From positions 60,636,001 through 60,700,000 of the forward strand of contig OZ024742.1 of NCBI GenBank assembly GCA_964016885.1: a DNA stretch of 64,000 bases, read 5' to 3'. Position 1 is the first letter of the stretch, and the number at the start of each line of letters is the position of its first letter. Both the position numbers and the translations under genes were made by a program. The stretch comes from Eledone cirrhosa. Its lineage: Eukaryota. Under the pieces are notes generated by a model, which saw nothing but the letters and a program-made list of their open reading frames with translations, was not told the origin of the DNA and did not search any database. Below, one piece after another: positions 13,422 to 31,879 of the stretch.

Positions 13422-14650
13422 AGTGTGTCTAGGCATGTACATATACGTATCAACGTTTGGATATATGCATATATGTATGTAAGTATGTATGTAGGGAACT
13501 GGGATAACTCCGAAATAAAACCTGCGGCTCAGTAGTTACTGATGATGTTGATCATTCCTTCTTTCGGGTTATAGCTACTGTCGCCCAGAGAGTGGGATTC
13601 GCTCAGTGCACAGTCTTTCCTCACTTTAAAAAATATTTTCACGCACAGGCATTGCACGATAGAATTAATTAATAACTATTAATAATGGTATATCATGCAA
13701 TGGCCATACTCGATAACGAAGCGGCAGCCATCATCATGTATGTATGTGTGTATGTATGTATGTAAACTTATTATATTTGTTATATATCTACGTTAAACAA
13801 ATTCGAATGTCCACAACTCAATGAAAATGTAAACGTGATAGTGATATTATTTTCTTCCATGCGAAAATGGAATAAGTTTTCAACAAGATAGTTGTTATAT
13901 CCATGTGGTGTTTCAAGTGATACAAATCAATACTAATCAAAAACATTAAATTCACTTCTCTAAGCATTTAGTAAATGTTGTAATTGAGCAATTTATCCTA
14001 ATCGAATTCACTGAAAATTATAGAAATGTACCATTTGATTAGAAACTCTGATTACGTTGAAAGATTTACTCAAGCAGTATCAATTACTCGAGTAAATAAC
14101 TATGTGAATCACGTTAGGCATAATGTATCGTAGAAGCTGAATAACGCTTGGCTTTAGACTTAGAAATAATATACACCTTTTTCTTCTGTTGTCTTTCTTT
14201 TCTTTTTTAATTAATTCCAAGTCAGTTCTGCTACAATGTCTTTTCATTCAACTGCCACTAGATGACTATTTATATATACTTTAATTTCCAACTTTCTCCT
14301 TCAGATGATGATAAGTATTAATTCAACAAAAGTTTAAGAAAGTTTAGGAAAATAATGTTTTGTTTGAAAGCTATCTCAAAGTGGATAGGACGGTAAATGT
14401 TTAAAATAATAACAATGATGTTGCCGTTTTATCTTGCAGTTCTTTATAGAACCTTTTTATTTCGAGATAAAATCTCTTTTTCAAACGAAACTAGAATGAA
14501 GAAACTAATTCGTTTATCCCCAGGAACTATCCCCGCCATCGATTAATCAATTATATTTATAATATATTTTGCCATTTGAAACGATCGTCAAATAGTGGAA
14601 AGATTATGTAGTAAAATATGTCTCATCTGAATCCCTGGTCCAACATTATA

Positions 14651-15637
14651 TCTCTCTATATATAAACTTGTAGTTCCTGTCTGTTTGTTTGTTTGTTTGT
14701 TTGGTTGTTTGTTTGTTTGTTCACGAACACCTCCTATGGTTTTGGAGATAGACCTCCATAACCATAGATATTCTGAAACTACATTGCCCAGGGTACGTGG
14801 ATAAGTATATTTCATTTCAATCAAAGGGTTCCCCGGGGGCACAAACACCCGATGAAATGTTATCCCTTCGATTTATATGAAATTTAAATGATAGGTAAAT
14901 GATAAGATATGATGCCTATTCACAAAATTTCAGCTAATTTCAATAAAATTAAGACACCCTAATGGGAGTTAAGCCCCCTATAGTGAAAGCTTTGCCCAAT
15001 AAATGGAACAAGATGTGTTGGAACAAGATTACATGAAAACTTGATGGAAGCAACCATTATATTCGGGGCTTACAAAGGTCAAGCCCTTCTCATTCTGAAG
15101 ATTCCACTTATACCAAGTGATAGCAAGCTGCCTTTTACATTGAATAGGCTGCAGTTCCCAGTGAGGCCATCCTTTGCCATAAGCATCACTAAGAGTAAAA
15201 GTCAAACTTTCAAAACTATTAGTATAGATCTGACAAACCCATGTTTCAATCATAGCATGTTTTATGTGGCTGTTTCAAGGACTGGAACTTCAAAAATCTC
15301 AACATTTTAGCCTATGTAAGAAAGACAAGAAATGTTGTTTACCCTAATTTTAAAATAATGCTTTACACAAAAATGAAATGATCAAGTTTTGAATTGATAT
15401 TTTGAAAAATATTATTTACAAGAAACAAAATAAAAATAAGAATTAATAATGTAATTTTGATTTGATATATTACAAAAATTAATGTTTTCCAATTTTTCAT
15501 GCATTACCTTTGACATTGACTAATATTGAAATACAGTTTTTCTCCATAAATTATATCACTGATTTAAAATCAATCATCATTTCTAACAAAGAAAAAAATA
15601 TGTGTGAAACGCAGCAGGGCGCGGGTAATTCGGCTAG
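14651..15637 (+). mobile_element. Internally deleted Helitron
   Basis: 5' TC after A, (GTTT)n near the 5' end, helicase remnant, GC-rich subterminal segment, 3' CTAG followed by T (A^T target). Confidence 0.75.
15041..15345 (+). pseudogene. Helitron PIF1-like helicase C-terminal fragment
   Basis: IPLIPSDSKLPFTLNRLQFPVRPSFAISITKSKSQTF...FYVAVSR. Confidence 0.9.
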
Positions 15638-15657
15638 TATATATATATATATATATA

Positions 15658-17315
15658 ACAGATAAAAGAATGTTTAACACGGATAAGCGATATTATAGGG
15701 TTTATTCCAAGCCTTAACATATTTCATCGCCTAATAAGAAATTAATTGGTTTTTAGGCGATGAATGATGTTCTCATATCTTAATGCTTGGAACAAAGCCC
15801 CATTATATTGCTCATCCATATTAATCATCATTTTACCTGTTATTACTACACCAAGTAATATATATAATGGTCTTTTCGGGAAGCCTTTACGATGCTGATG
15901 GTTACATTTCCTGGTAACACAATCAGGTGGCAAGGGAAAAAGCGAAAAATAGAAAGAAACGTAAAAAAACGTTTAAAAAAAGCCGCAAAAAGGTGTAAAA
16001 AGACGTCCAGATTTGGAGTCAGCTTGGAATAGATTAATTGGTCCCTATAATTCGGATTTCACATCCATCGATGGGGCGCGAAGGGAAATAGATACGTCGG
16101 GGAAAGGAACAATGTGCCTGTTTGTAGCTGCCGCTTCTGTTTGACTGATATTGTGCGTCAGAGACAATTCTCTATCGGGCGTGCGTTCGTGTGTTATCGC
16201 TGCGGTCATTCAAAGTTCGTTAGAGTTATTAGTCGTCGTCACTATGACGTGGGGTGGTAGGTTTGCGCACACGCAACAGTGTTGCAGATTCATTGTGTTT
16301 TGGTAGTTGTAGACAAGGGGATGTAAGTTAGTGACAGATGCAGTAGTAGTACTGTCTGTCCGTTTCCTGTTTGCCATATGTCGGTAGGCAAGCGATATAT
16401 ATAATATATAACATTCGCTCGTCTGTTATTGTGTTTGTATGTGTGGTCGTTCGATGTATGCAAGTTAACTCGTTTCAATCCTCTCGGATCTGTTGTTGAT
16501 TGGTGGTCCCAGTTTTATCCGAAGTGCTTCCTTGATCCTTTGAGTTCCAATGTTGCGCTCTGTCGCATTGAGTCTTCCGTCTTTGTTTCCGCATTTAGTG
16601 ATATGTTTTCAAAAGGCCGAGGCTCTAGTACTGACGTACTCCTTGATTCGTATGTGTAGCGGTCTGATGGTGATGCTGATGTAAGAATACTTGTACAGTC
16701 CATCTTATAGACAACGTAGGTGCTCAAGCACCAGTTTGTTTCACGTATCGTGTAATTGCCGCTTGAGTACATATTATCCGTGTTGTAATGTTTCCTGTAC
16801 AGGCAACACAGTAGGGAGAGTCCCGATGTCGAGTCCCTCCTTTAGTATGTATAGCGCTGGTGGTTCTTTCGCCTAGGTGCGGGATCTTGAGGAAGCACTT
16901 ATCCTTCAAGTTTCTCTGCCTCATCTGCCTGTGGTCCCTTATTCCGTTATAAAAGATGCTGATACATGTAGTGTTCCAACACCCTGTGGAACTACTTTGC
17001 ATGCGTGACACCAATTACGAGATCACTGCATCTATCTTTTATCCGCGTGACCTCATTTGGCAAAGTTAGGAAGGACTTACTTAAAGTCGACGAACGTGAT
17101 GTTTAATCGAAGACGAGGAAGGCAAGGGACGCGTCATTGCAAGGGTGCTCCATGCTGAATTCGATACATGCACGTATCATGAGAAGAATGCAGCGTGAGG
17201 GTGGCAGGTGTTAAGCGCCTTGCGTTCTAGTTGGCCCATATACGGTATTGCAAGCCCACCCGAGAGGTTAGTCCTGACGTCTGTCGGTATGTATGACCAA
17301 GAAACTTGAAGTATG
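15658..17315 (-). mobile_element. Heavily decayed Penelope-like element (RT, GIY-YIG, 3' UTR)
   Basis: Minus frames give YFKFLGHTYRQTSGL, LAIPYMGQLERKAL, CFLKIPHLGE and YVVYKMDC; resembles the 11905 element. Confidence 0.75.
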
Positions 17316-18222
17316 TTTTGTCAATGAGAGAGAGAGAAATTAATAAATTACATGAATACACCAATCATCATCACTATATCCCAAAGAAAATTAGAAAGTG
17401 AGAGATTGGAAATGAGAAATAGATATAGATGAAGAATCGACCCAGTACTTTACTGGTACCTACATTATGCCTACTCTTGAAAAATGGAAGGCAAAATTGA
17501 CTCAGCGAGCAAAGAGTCGAAACGTATACCATCAATCATTCTATCCGATGTTCTAACGTCTCTGCCAATTTGCCTATACACACACACAACCGCTAGTTGA
17601 ATTACAGGTATCTTGATACCCGAAAGTTGCAAATATCAAAAACATCAGTGCATATGATACATAAGAAGAAGAAATAAGTTCAATACCAACCATTTGTTAG
17701 TGTACTCTTGGGTGGGTGTACCAGAAATATCAATTACATTAATGGGAATGTTGCTGCGCACGAAATGAAACGTTTTAAAGAGCTTTTATCATGCAATCGT
17801 TAAGAAATCGATCAGTCTTCCTTGAGGGAACGATTACCGTGATATTAAGGATATCAATACTTTTGAATTTTCGTGCGCTCCTTCTCAGCGATTTCATATC
17901 TTAGAACACTTTCTAGCAGCTATGGCGTGAAGAAATCTGACAAATTCCTCATATCTATTAAGAAACTTCTCTATTCCTTCGTTACCATATTTCTACTGAA
18001 AGACACTGCCTATGAATTTCGAATTCGTTTTAAAAATAAACAATTATTTGGAGAGTTTTAGTAAGATGACTAACTTTCGAATTATTATAGTCGAGTTTGG
18101 AGCATAAATTCCACGTCTAATTTTAATGAAAGGAAACTTTAAACAGTGTAAAATAAACAGCTTGATTTCAAGCGGTTTGTTTCTTTCATCCATTTGCTGT
18201 TGAGAAAATGAAGCGTCAGTCC

Positions 18223-19050
18223 AGTTCATGTACTATTTTTACAGTTTGCTCAGAGAAAAAAGGAAAAGGTTTAATCCCTTTTTCTAACCTTCACATTTTG
18301 GGGGAAATAGACCACTAGATACCTTTACACTAGATCCAGGCCTGACTGAAATATTACATCAACAGTTCACTTCCGATGTTTATTTGTGTGTTATTCTTTT
18401 TCAAGGCCCAAGGTTTCTTGTTAATCCAATGATTTTGGTAAAGCATCGAACTCATTGCAACGCTCTATTTTCCCGCTTATTCGCCTTCTAGTTTCACACA
18501 CCTTGCGATTTACTTAGTTGTCGTCAATTATAGCAGCACTTGGGTGCCTTTAGCAGACCTCCAATCTGTTTTAAGTATTTTGTCCATCGCTGCTCTTCAG
18601 TTTGTCGATACCTTTCTTACTTTACCCAAAGAGCATTGAATATCACGTGCAAAGGTACTGTTCCTCTTTCGCTAGCGAAATATGTCTTTAAATATCTGCG
18701 CAGATAGAAATCAAAATACTTTGCTGATGAATACTTTTCTTTTTGCCAATAATCTTCGATGCTCCTACGGTGTCTTATGGGAAATTCCCTTCCCTTGCCT
18801 CGATGACTAGAAAAAAAAAATACGATGTAACGTAGAAAATCATTGGATTAACAAGAAACCTTGGACCATGAAAAAATATAACACACAAATAAACATCGGA
18901 AGTAAACTTTTGATGTAATATTTCAGTCAGGCCTGGATCTAGTGTAAAGGTATCTATTGGTCTCTTTCCTCCAAAATGTTGTGGCTCTGAAAAAGGGATT
19001 AAACCTTTTCCTTTTTTCTCTGATCAAACTGTAAAAATAGTACATGAACT
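18223..19050. repeat. Imperfect inverted repeat, about 215-bp arms around about 400 bp of unique sequence
   Basis: 18223-18436 matches the reverse complement of 18836-19050. Confidence 0.85.
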
Positions 19051-20149
19051 TTTCTATAACTATGCATCTTTAACAAGCGTGATATTGATACCATCCGGAG
19101 GGTAATTTATCGGTATTCTATGAAACGTTAGAATCTTTAGAGTTCACAATGAAATTAGAATTACTAGCACGGATGATGTAAATTTAGATTAACAAATTGT
19201 AAATATCACCGAAGGTTGGAAACTGTACACGCTCTCTTAAATCGAACTACGTAACCTTTTCCATACATTAAGCGAGAAACATTGTCTATTGTAATGTATA
19301 GGAATATATCGTTGCTGATAATTACCATATATATTACAAACTGTTAGGCAGAGGAAATTAAAACTGTAATTCAAATCAACGTTATGGTTCTGGCTGCCAA
19401 TTATATGCATATATAGAATATGATGATCATGCTAAAACATCATTTAGCTCAAGGCTACATTATTTGCTTCGTATTTCTTTTAATTTTGCTATATATAACG
19501 TTGCAGCTGGCTAGCCAATCGACCGAGCGCATTTCGGCGTCTACTGAAGTATCAACGTCAAGCTGTGTCCCTGGAAAGATATAAACAAATACAAATAGTG
19601 TAATGAATAATACTGTGAATAGTGAACATAAAGTGGAGATGGACAGATCACTGCCATAGCCTGAACGAATGGTCTCCAAACATATTTTTTAAGATATGAA
19701 TTACAATATACCGGAAGACTTATAAAGAAGATTTCCTTGGTTTTATGGATTGGTGTGATAAACTCAATAAACATGAACCAAGGACTTATATACAACATAT
19801 AGATTCTAATATACTAATTTCTATTAATAGTGAGTTTTTAATTGGAAGCTTCACGGCTGCTGATGGCTTATTAAAACAGTATGCTTTGACAAGCCAATAA
19901 CGTCGAAGTAGACAATCATGATAAATAAAAATTATTAATAGAAATAGTATATATACACACATTAATTTATTTTTAATGAAAAATATATCATTTCCTATAC
20001 GAAAATGGCATAAGGAATATCATGAAGAAGTCTCAAAGTATGTTTCTGCAACAATACGCAAACTATTTCAGTGGACCCTTTGGCTTCTCATGAAGCTAGT
20101 TTGGAGAAACTAACCTAAAGTATGTTTGCCAAACAAGTGTATTCTTTTG

Positions 20150-20450
20150 GTCTAAAACCTAGAACTAGTAAAGCTAATATACGCCCATTTCCATAGAAAC
20201 ATTGAAAGCAAGTACGCTGTCTTTAAACGATTACAGGAAAGCTAAGGTATAAAAGATATATATTGTTTAGTCAAGGATGAAGGTACTTTTCTTTTGAACC
20301 TTTCCAATGCAACTGGAACATGTGCGAGGAAAGTATAATAGTAGGGGACCTACTCCAAACGCTTGCAACATATTTGACACTGCTAAAGGTAAGTGTAGGC
20401 CAGATGGTGTGAAACCATCATCTGCTATTAGATGGTTTAAGTCAAATCTC
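20150..20450 (-). pseudogene. Possible very old CR1/L2-type LINE C-terminal remnant
   Basis: Minus strand VKYVASVWS and ALERFKRK resemble LEY..VWSP and LERVQR; otherwise eroded. Confidence 0.3.
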
Positions 20451-20983
20451 CATATACGCTAACTTGTGATTGAGCTCAGAAGGCTAGGAGTGGATCAGGT
20501 GCAACAAGCTTTCCCGAACGTAGTTTTAACTAATTCAATGATCCATTGCATATCGATTGATAATATTTATTAATCTCCGAAATGAAAGGTAAAGTTGAGA
20601 ACTTGGCAGAATTTTAACTTAGAACCGAGAGAGCTACAATGAATTCAGCTAGATATTTTTCCTACGTACTACTGAATCTGCCATTTAACAGACGTGCAAC
20701 AATGTATTAGATCAAAACATATTTAGATTATATTTTGACTGTTGGAGTTCTCGGATAACATTTCAAAACATCTTTGTAGTCTATAACAACACGATAGTGT
20801 TGTTGCTTCACAAACTATAAAGAACGTATGTAAACGACATGCCCTTCTTCAATTGGGAACCTGAGAGCCCAGGATCACGGATAAAATGCTGCCTTGTCTG
20901 TTGTTGACCATTTCAATGCTTGGTAGTAGGGAGAAACAAATTGAATGATGACACACACACGCACGCGCGCGCACACACACACA

Positions 20984-21074
<91 letters not shown>

Positions 21075-21089
21075 GAATTGGCTTCGCGA

Positions 21090-21340
21090 ACGAAGATTAT
21101 GAAGGTGGTAGTCCATGTTGACGGCAGGCTCACGCGTGGCTGTTCAAGTCATTGGGGCAAAGGCAGGAACGGTTGCAGCGCCACCAGCTGAAATTCTGGT
21201 AACGGTTTGATGAGATAGTGTTGTGGTTCCTCCTCGTTTGTCTTTTGTCCTCGAGCATGGCTCTGTGGGTATTTTCGAAGAAGAAGATAGCATGGTGATG
21301 GTGAGACGCCAATCGTCACAGTTCTCTCTAAGGGCTTTTT
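21090..21340 (-). pseudogene. RTE LINE 3' end fragment
   Basis: FENTHRAMLEDKRQTRR...RCNRSCLCPNDLNSHA parallels the C-terminus of the 5405 RTE. Confidence 0.7.
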
Positions 21341-21854
21341 GAAACTGTCCTTATATCACTTCTTCTATGGGCACGTGTGTGTGTGTATGTGGGGTGCGCG
21401 TGTGTGTATGTGGAGTGTATGTATGTGGTGTGTGTTTGTGTGTGTATAATGTGTATAAATAAAGGTTCGCTCCTCCATACCATAACTATTATTGGTTCAG
21501 ATATTTTTATGCCTGAAAGTGTGTTTCAAGTAAGGTTCTAAAGGACGTGATTAGATTTTGTTTACTGTATGGTAATTGAGGTAAAGACGGGGTAAATTAT
21601 TTCGGGTTACGTTAAATGAATCGCACTTGTTTGGCATACGATAACGTCGCATTCAAATCAATGATTATGATAGGCCATATATATATTAGTATATATATAT
21701 ATATATAAACGGAAAAAATGAAACGAAATTTCATAGAGAGAGAGAGATGTATAGATATAGTATATGTATACAGGTAGGTATACAAATGTATATATACACA
21801 CAAAGGTGCCCACGCACCCTTGTGCCCATGTGCACACACGCATACACCAACACC

Positions 21855-21983
21855 GAAATCGAAAATGCAACTTATTAAAATGAGTCTTATTAAAAAAAAA
21901 AATATATATATTTATTTGGTTCCTTTACCGGTTTCGCAGTTCTTCTGCTTTTCAAAGGTAGAGTTGAGATGGAGGGTCTGCGT

Positions 21984-21985
<2 letters not shown>
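21855..21985 (-). mobile_element. Family C fragment with UUGAAAA hammerhead (21922-21958)
   Basis: Matches 50046-50145. Confidence 0.8.
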
Positions 21986-22019
<34 letters not shown>

Positions 22020-22076
22020 GATACGCCATATATATATTAGTATATATATATATATAAACGGAAAAAATGAAACGAA

Positions 22077-22878
<802 letters not shown>

Positions 22879-22990
22879 TCTACCTGGAGATAGTATTAGC
22901 AATTGGAAAGATAAATAGTATTAGCAATTGGAAAGTCCAACGGAAACATAGTTTCCTCGGTCCGATTTGACGAAAGTCGATCGATATATT

Positions 22991-23062
<72 letters not shown>

Positions 23063-24199
23063 ATAAATATAGTTAGATAGATAGATTGACATATATATGT
23101 GTGTGTGTACATAAAAATATATGTATACACGTAGGTATATAAATGTATATATATACACACAAAGGTGCCCACGCACCCTTGTGCCCACGTGCACACACGC
23201 ATACACCAACACAAATATGTACATCCACATATCCGTGTATGTAGGCGTGATAAATAGTTCTCTCTGATTGGACAACGCATGTATAATATAATATCAAAGC
23301 AAAACAGAAGGAAACGTTTCTTTTCGTTTTAGTCAGTCATTGATTTATTCTCAATTACCGGAATCGAATACAGGAAAGGTTAAATAGGTTTACACCGACG
23401 GATAATTATTCTACGTTCAAGCCATCAAATGTATCATAATATGAGATACAGACGAGCAAACCGTTAAATGATAACAATTTGTCAACTACTAAAAGGTGAG
23501 ATTTCATAGTAGCGCAACAATAACTAAATGAAATATATATTAAAATAAATAATGTGTCCAATGTAATAATAAATCCTCAAGAACGATTGAACTAGGTTTG
23601 AAATGAAGGGTATTAAATTTGATAGCTTATTTATAAATAGCATGTACGCAGCAAAATAAACCATTTATATGCACCCACACACATCACCCACACACGTGTG
23701 TGTGTATGTACTAAAATTCACACGTTATCGTAAGGATGGCGTTTTCACAGTGACATATAGCAATCATTTAATGAATATATCTATGGCACTTAGGATGTAG
23801 ACAAGAATAATACAAAGGTAATATACATACATAGATATGATTGTGTGTGTGTATGTATGGCCCCGAGTGAATACACCTATACACACACACATACACACAC
23901 ATACACACACACACATACACACACACACACACATACACACACATATGTGTGTGTGTGTTAGTTAGGTGTGTAACTGTAGTTAAAGGTGGTGCGCACCACT
24001 CAATACTGTTGCGAGGTCCGTTTCGTTTGTGTCTTTGCACATATAAGCTCGCATAAATGACGCCATGTCGAAAAAGAGTCTGGCTCTATCACTTTGATTG
24101 TACCTTGAGGTGATTGATGTGGAAAAATTTAAAATATTCTTATAAAGTTTGTACATATGCTGCAAAATTGACTTCGACTCCTTTAAGTAGACTTAAACT

Positions 24200-25760
24200 T
24201 AAACTTAAAGAACAATTAGAAGACCCCTTAACCCTGATAATGTACTCCCGCTACGTAGATGATATAAACATCGTAGTTAAGACACCCCCACTAGAGAACA
24301 GTCAGGAACTAGGGAAAAACACAATGGAAAGCATCCACCAAATAGCAAACTCCATCCACCAGACCATTAGAGTTACTATAGACTACCCAAGTAAACACCC
24401 CAACTATCGATTACCTCTACTAGACACAGAGCTCTGGTTAGATACCATTAACAACAAAAAACAAATCCTCCATTCCCATTATGCCAAACCCATGACTTCC
24501 AAACATCTAATCCACCGAAACTCGGCCATTTCGGACCATACCAAAATCAATATACTGATTGCGGATTTGGTACGGGTGATGAGAAATGTGTCCCGCATGT
24601 GCAACCCCGAAGAACTAGAGAGACACATACAACACTTCATCCACCGTATGCAGTTCTCTGGCTACAATCAGAGAGATAAAATCAGAGTGTATAGAGGAGC
24701 CAGAACCAAATGGGAAAAAATGGTAATTAATGACATAAATGGGACCTGCCCCTTGTATAGGAGCAAATGTTGGAATAGAATAGAAAGAACTAGGAACAAG
24801 GCTAATAGAATAAACTCATGGTATGATAGAAATAAATACCAGTGTAATGTTCATCAATACAACCCCTAGAGGTGAATTAGCTTACAAATTTAGAAGGGCC
24901 CTAAATAAACATAAACTCAATATTAAGATAGTAGAAAGACCAGGTACCTCCGTAAAAACACTTATTAGCAAGACATACTCTTTTCAAAGACCCTCATGTA
25001 TAGATAAGAAATGTATAACCTGTAAAATACGCCCCCATATTAACTGTAAAACTAGAAATGGAGTGTATAGCATAAGATGTACTGAAGGACAATGTAGAGA
25101 CAAAAATATAGTGTACATAGGTGAGACAGCTCGTAGTGTAGGGGAACGGATAAATGAACACTGGCGAGACCTTCAAGATAATAAAGAATCATCTGTACTC
25201 TACCAACATGCTAAGATAGAACACAAGGGTAAATTAGAGAACATAGAAATAAAAATAGAATCTACACACAGAAAAGACGCAATGTTTAGACAAATTACAG
25301 AGGCAATAAACATAAAAGAATTACAACCAAAATTAAATAGAAAATATGAGTGGAACAGCAACATCACAACTTACAATTAAGGACAAAATGAAAACACACA
25401 CACACATAGAACAAACAACCAACCAGTAACATGTAACTAAACAAATAAATAAATGAACATAAACACACACAGACACCCGGATGTGGCGCATGCGCAAACT
25501 GAGCGCACAACACACACAAAGAAGCAAAATGGCGTAGGACAGAACAAAGGAGAGGCACAGAAACAAAGAAAGGAATCCCCAGTCACTGAAGAGGTCACAG
25601 AGTGTGTGACGAAAGAACTATGACTATATATAAAAAAAACTATCTGATTGTGGAACCAACCAACCAATCAGAAATTTATAAATTTATAAATATATAAAAA
25701 TTGAAGTGAAAGCTACTGGTGCGTGTGTTTCTTATTGGCAACATGACCCTCCAAAAGTAT

Positions 25761-25766
<6 letters not shown>
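24200..25766 (+). mobile_element. 5'-truncated Penelope-like element: RT C-terminus, GIY-YIG, HHR-bearing 3' UTR
   Basis: MYSRYVDDI, LPLLD, YAKPM; frameshift near 24835; GVYSIRC...VYIGETARSVGERINEH...PKLN; ends at (TA)n. Confidence 0.93.
25581..25625 (+). ncRNA. Type I hammerhead in PLE 3' UTR
   Basis: agtca-CTGAAGA-g-gtcac agagtgt gtgac-GAAA-gaac-TA-tgact. Confidence 0.88.
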
Positions 25767-25809
<43 letters not shown>

Positions 25810-25884
25810 TAAATATACATATATATATATATATACATATATAAATATACATATATATATATATATATACATATATAAATATAC

Positions 25885-25950
<66 letters not shown>

Positions 25951-25989
25951 GTATATGTATATATATATATGTATATGTATATATATATG

Positions 25990-28889
<2,900 letters not shown>

Positions 28890-29054
28890 GTTTTATAACA
28901 TCTAGTCGAGAGCTTATCATGATGATTAGCGGAAATTAAAATATTTCCATTCGCTAGCATTTGAATGACCCGCCAAAAACCAGGGGTTATTTCTCTTGCC
29001 GGAATTAACACGTGATAACTATAGATTCGCTTAGCAACCATAAGAGCAGCAACA

Positions 29055-29419
29055 TATTTCATCACTCCTGATTCTAACCAGAACGAAAATCTGTTGATAA
29101 ACTGAGTCCTCTGTTCAGTCACCAATACCACGACCTTGCCATTCAAGTAAGTCTATTTGATTTCGGAGTCAGAGAAACGTTTCAAACGCCCATTTGATTT
29201 GTCCAGGTCTATTTTTCTCAACCTGATTAGTTTTTCGTTACTTTGGTACACATTGTGTGTTAGTTTAGCCTACCACAATGATCGATTTGTCAAGCTATTT
29301 AAACGTATGTTATAACTCTGAGACCTATCTTATCGAGTGCTTTGCTAACTCATCACTTCATATAAGTAGGCCGAATTACTTGCAAACCACCAGAGTTTCG
29401 ATTTTACTGATTCCCAATT
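29055..29419. mobile_element. Family J non-coding repeat ending at (TA)n
   Basis: Matches 37795-38153 and 62848-62919; common end gattcccaatt|(at)n. Confidence 0.8.
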
Positions 29420-29430
29420 ATATATATATA

Positions 29431-29617
29431 TAAAGAAAAAAAGATGAAATCGAAAATGCAACTGGAGTCTTATTTTTTTAAAAATATATATATTTTTTTG
29501 GTTCCTTTACCGGTTTCGCAGTTCTTCTGCTTTTCAAAAGTAGATTTGAGATTGAGGGTCTGTGGTTTATCTCACATCTCACATGTGAGAAAAACCACAA
29601 ACCCTCCATCTCAACTA
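29431..29617 (-). mobile_element. Family C copy with hammerhead (29504-29541) and short fold-back
   Basis: Same sequence as 50033-50145; inverts at catctc|acatgtgag. Confidence 0.8.
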
Positions 29618-29779
29618 TATATATAACCTTTCTCCCTTATCTCCCTTTATATTTAAACCTTTTCCTATGTCATTTATTTCCCCCCTCTTCCCCCCCCCTA
29701 CTTTCTTGCCTTACCCTTCACATACCAACATTTTTTTTATTTTTAGCTATTAATTTTGTTTGTGTGTTGCGTATATGTA

Positions 29780-29848
<69 letters not shown>

Positions 29849-30210
29849 GTGTGTACGTAAATGTGTGTGTATATGTATATGTGTATGTATATATGTGTGT
29901 GTATGTATGTTTATATCTATCTGTATGTATATGTATATGTATATATAATCGTATATTATATATTTCTGTTGTATTTTGTGCGTGTGTGTGTATATATATA
30001 TATGTGTATATGTGTATATGTGTGTGTATATATATATATATGTATGTATGGGTGTATGTATATGCATAATTACATACAGTGATTTAATGCTCATTTTCAT
30101 TGATTTTTTGCTCCAGGAACTTGTTGAGTGCTCTAAATTTGCTATAAACAATTATACCCTTTTCAAAATATATATATTTTTTTTTTATTATTTGTCGTAT
30201 TTTATTTTCA

Positions 30211-30371
30211 TTTTTATTTTTATTTTTATTTTTATTTTTATTTTTATTTTTATTTTTATTTTTATTTTTATTTTTATTTTTATTTTTATTTTTATTTTTA
30301 TTTTTATTTTTATTTTTATTTTTATTTTTATTTTTATTTTTATTTTTATTTTTATTTTTATTTTTATTTTT
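30211..30371. repeat. (TTTTTA)n hexamer tandem repeat
   Basis: Direct inspection. Confidence 0.95.
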
Positions 30372-30599
30372 ATATATACAATATATTTTTTTATATATAC
30401 AATATTTAGTTTTTTTTATATATATAACATTTATGTTCTTTCTCATATATATATATGTAGTTATATGTGTGTGTATGTATGTATGCATACGTATGTGTAT
30501 GTATATATGTGTGTAGGCATATATGTGTATGTGTGTATGTATGTATGTGTATGTATGTGTATATATGTGTATGTATATATATATATATATGTGTATATA

Positions 30600-30642
<43 letters not shown>

Positions 30643-30770
30643 GTTAAACAAGGTTCATATGAATTATCTAAGAATGAGTTTTACACACACATATGTGTTT
30701 GTTTGTATTTGTATGTATGTGTTTGTGATACGTATGTATATGTGTGGGTATATGTGTATGTATGTGTATG

Positions 30771-30914
<144 letters not shown>

Positions 30915-31753
30915 CGTATATATGTATATGTGTATGCGTATTTATGTGTTTATGTATTTGTATATGTATATTTATGTTTTAGAGTATGTGTATGTATTTA
31001 TTTTTACGCATGTATGTGTACGTGCATTTGTGTGTATTGTTATACACGTATGTTTGTTCATTTATTTGTTGCCTGTATCGCTGTCAACACTATAATAATA
31101 TTTATATTCATTTTTATTTTTTTATTATTATATATTTTTTATTATATTTATTTGTGTGTGTGAGTATGTAGGTGTGTGTATATATTTCTATATTTGTGTA
31201 TGCGTATGTATACGTGTATATATGTGTGTATGTATGTGTATGTATACGTGTATATATGTGTGTATGTATGTGTATGTATGTACGTGTGTATATACGTATG
31301 ATTGTGTGTATGTATGCATGTGTATGTATATATGTATGTATATGTATGTGTATGTATATATATATATGTATATGTGTGCGTGTATATATATATGTATGTG
31401 CGTGTATGTATATATATGTTTATGTATATATATATATATGCATGTATATGTGTGTGTGTGTGTGTGTATGCACGTTTGTGTATTTGTATTTATGTGTATG
31501 TATGGATATGTTGATATTTATGTGTGTATGTTTGTGGGTGTATATGTATGTTTATGGATATATATACACATATATATATGTGAGTGTGTGTATGTATGTG
31601 TGTATGTATATATATATGTGTATGTATAGAGTTGTGTGTGTGTTTGCATGTGTGTTTTTATTTTTCCTTTCCTTCTTCCTTTTCCAGCCTCACCTTCATA
31701 TAGATTATATTTTTGTTTTTAAAATCCAACACCAATAAATACACCAGGATTTT

Positions 31754-31812
31754 TTCATCCTGATGATTGAAAGCAAATTTTTTTTGTTTTTAAGAAACCA
31801 CTGGTAAATGAA
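31754..31812 (+). ncRNA. Type I hammerhead (family N)
   Basis: ttcatc-CTGATGA-ttgaaagcaaa..tttgtttttaa-GAAA-ccactgg-TA-aatgaa. Confidence 0.8.
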
Positions 31813-31846
31813 ATAATCGTCTTATGTTGTTTATTACATAACTATT

Positions 31847-31879
<33 letters not shown>

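Noticed and set aside
19455-19798. Hydrophobic short ORFs and an acceptor-like tttccag as a possible host exon
   Set aside because: No recognisable domain and no convincing splice donor; cannot be supported without transcript data.
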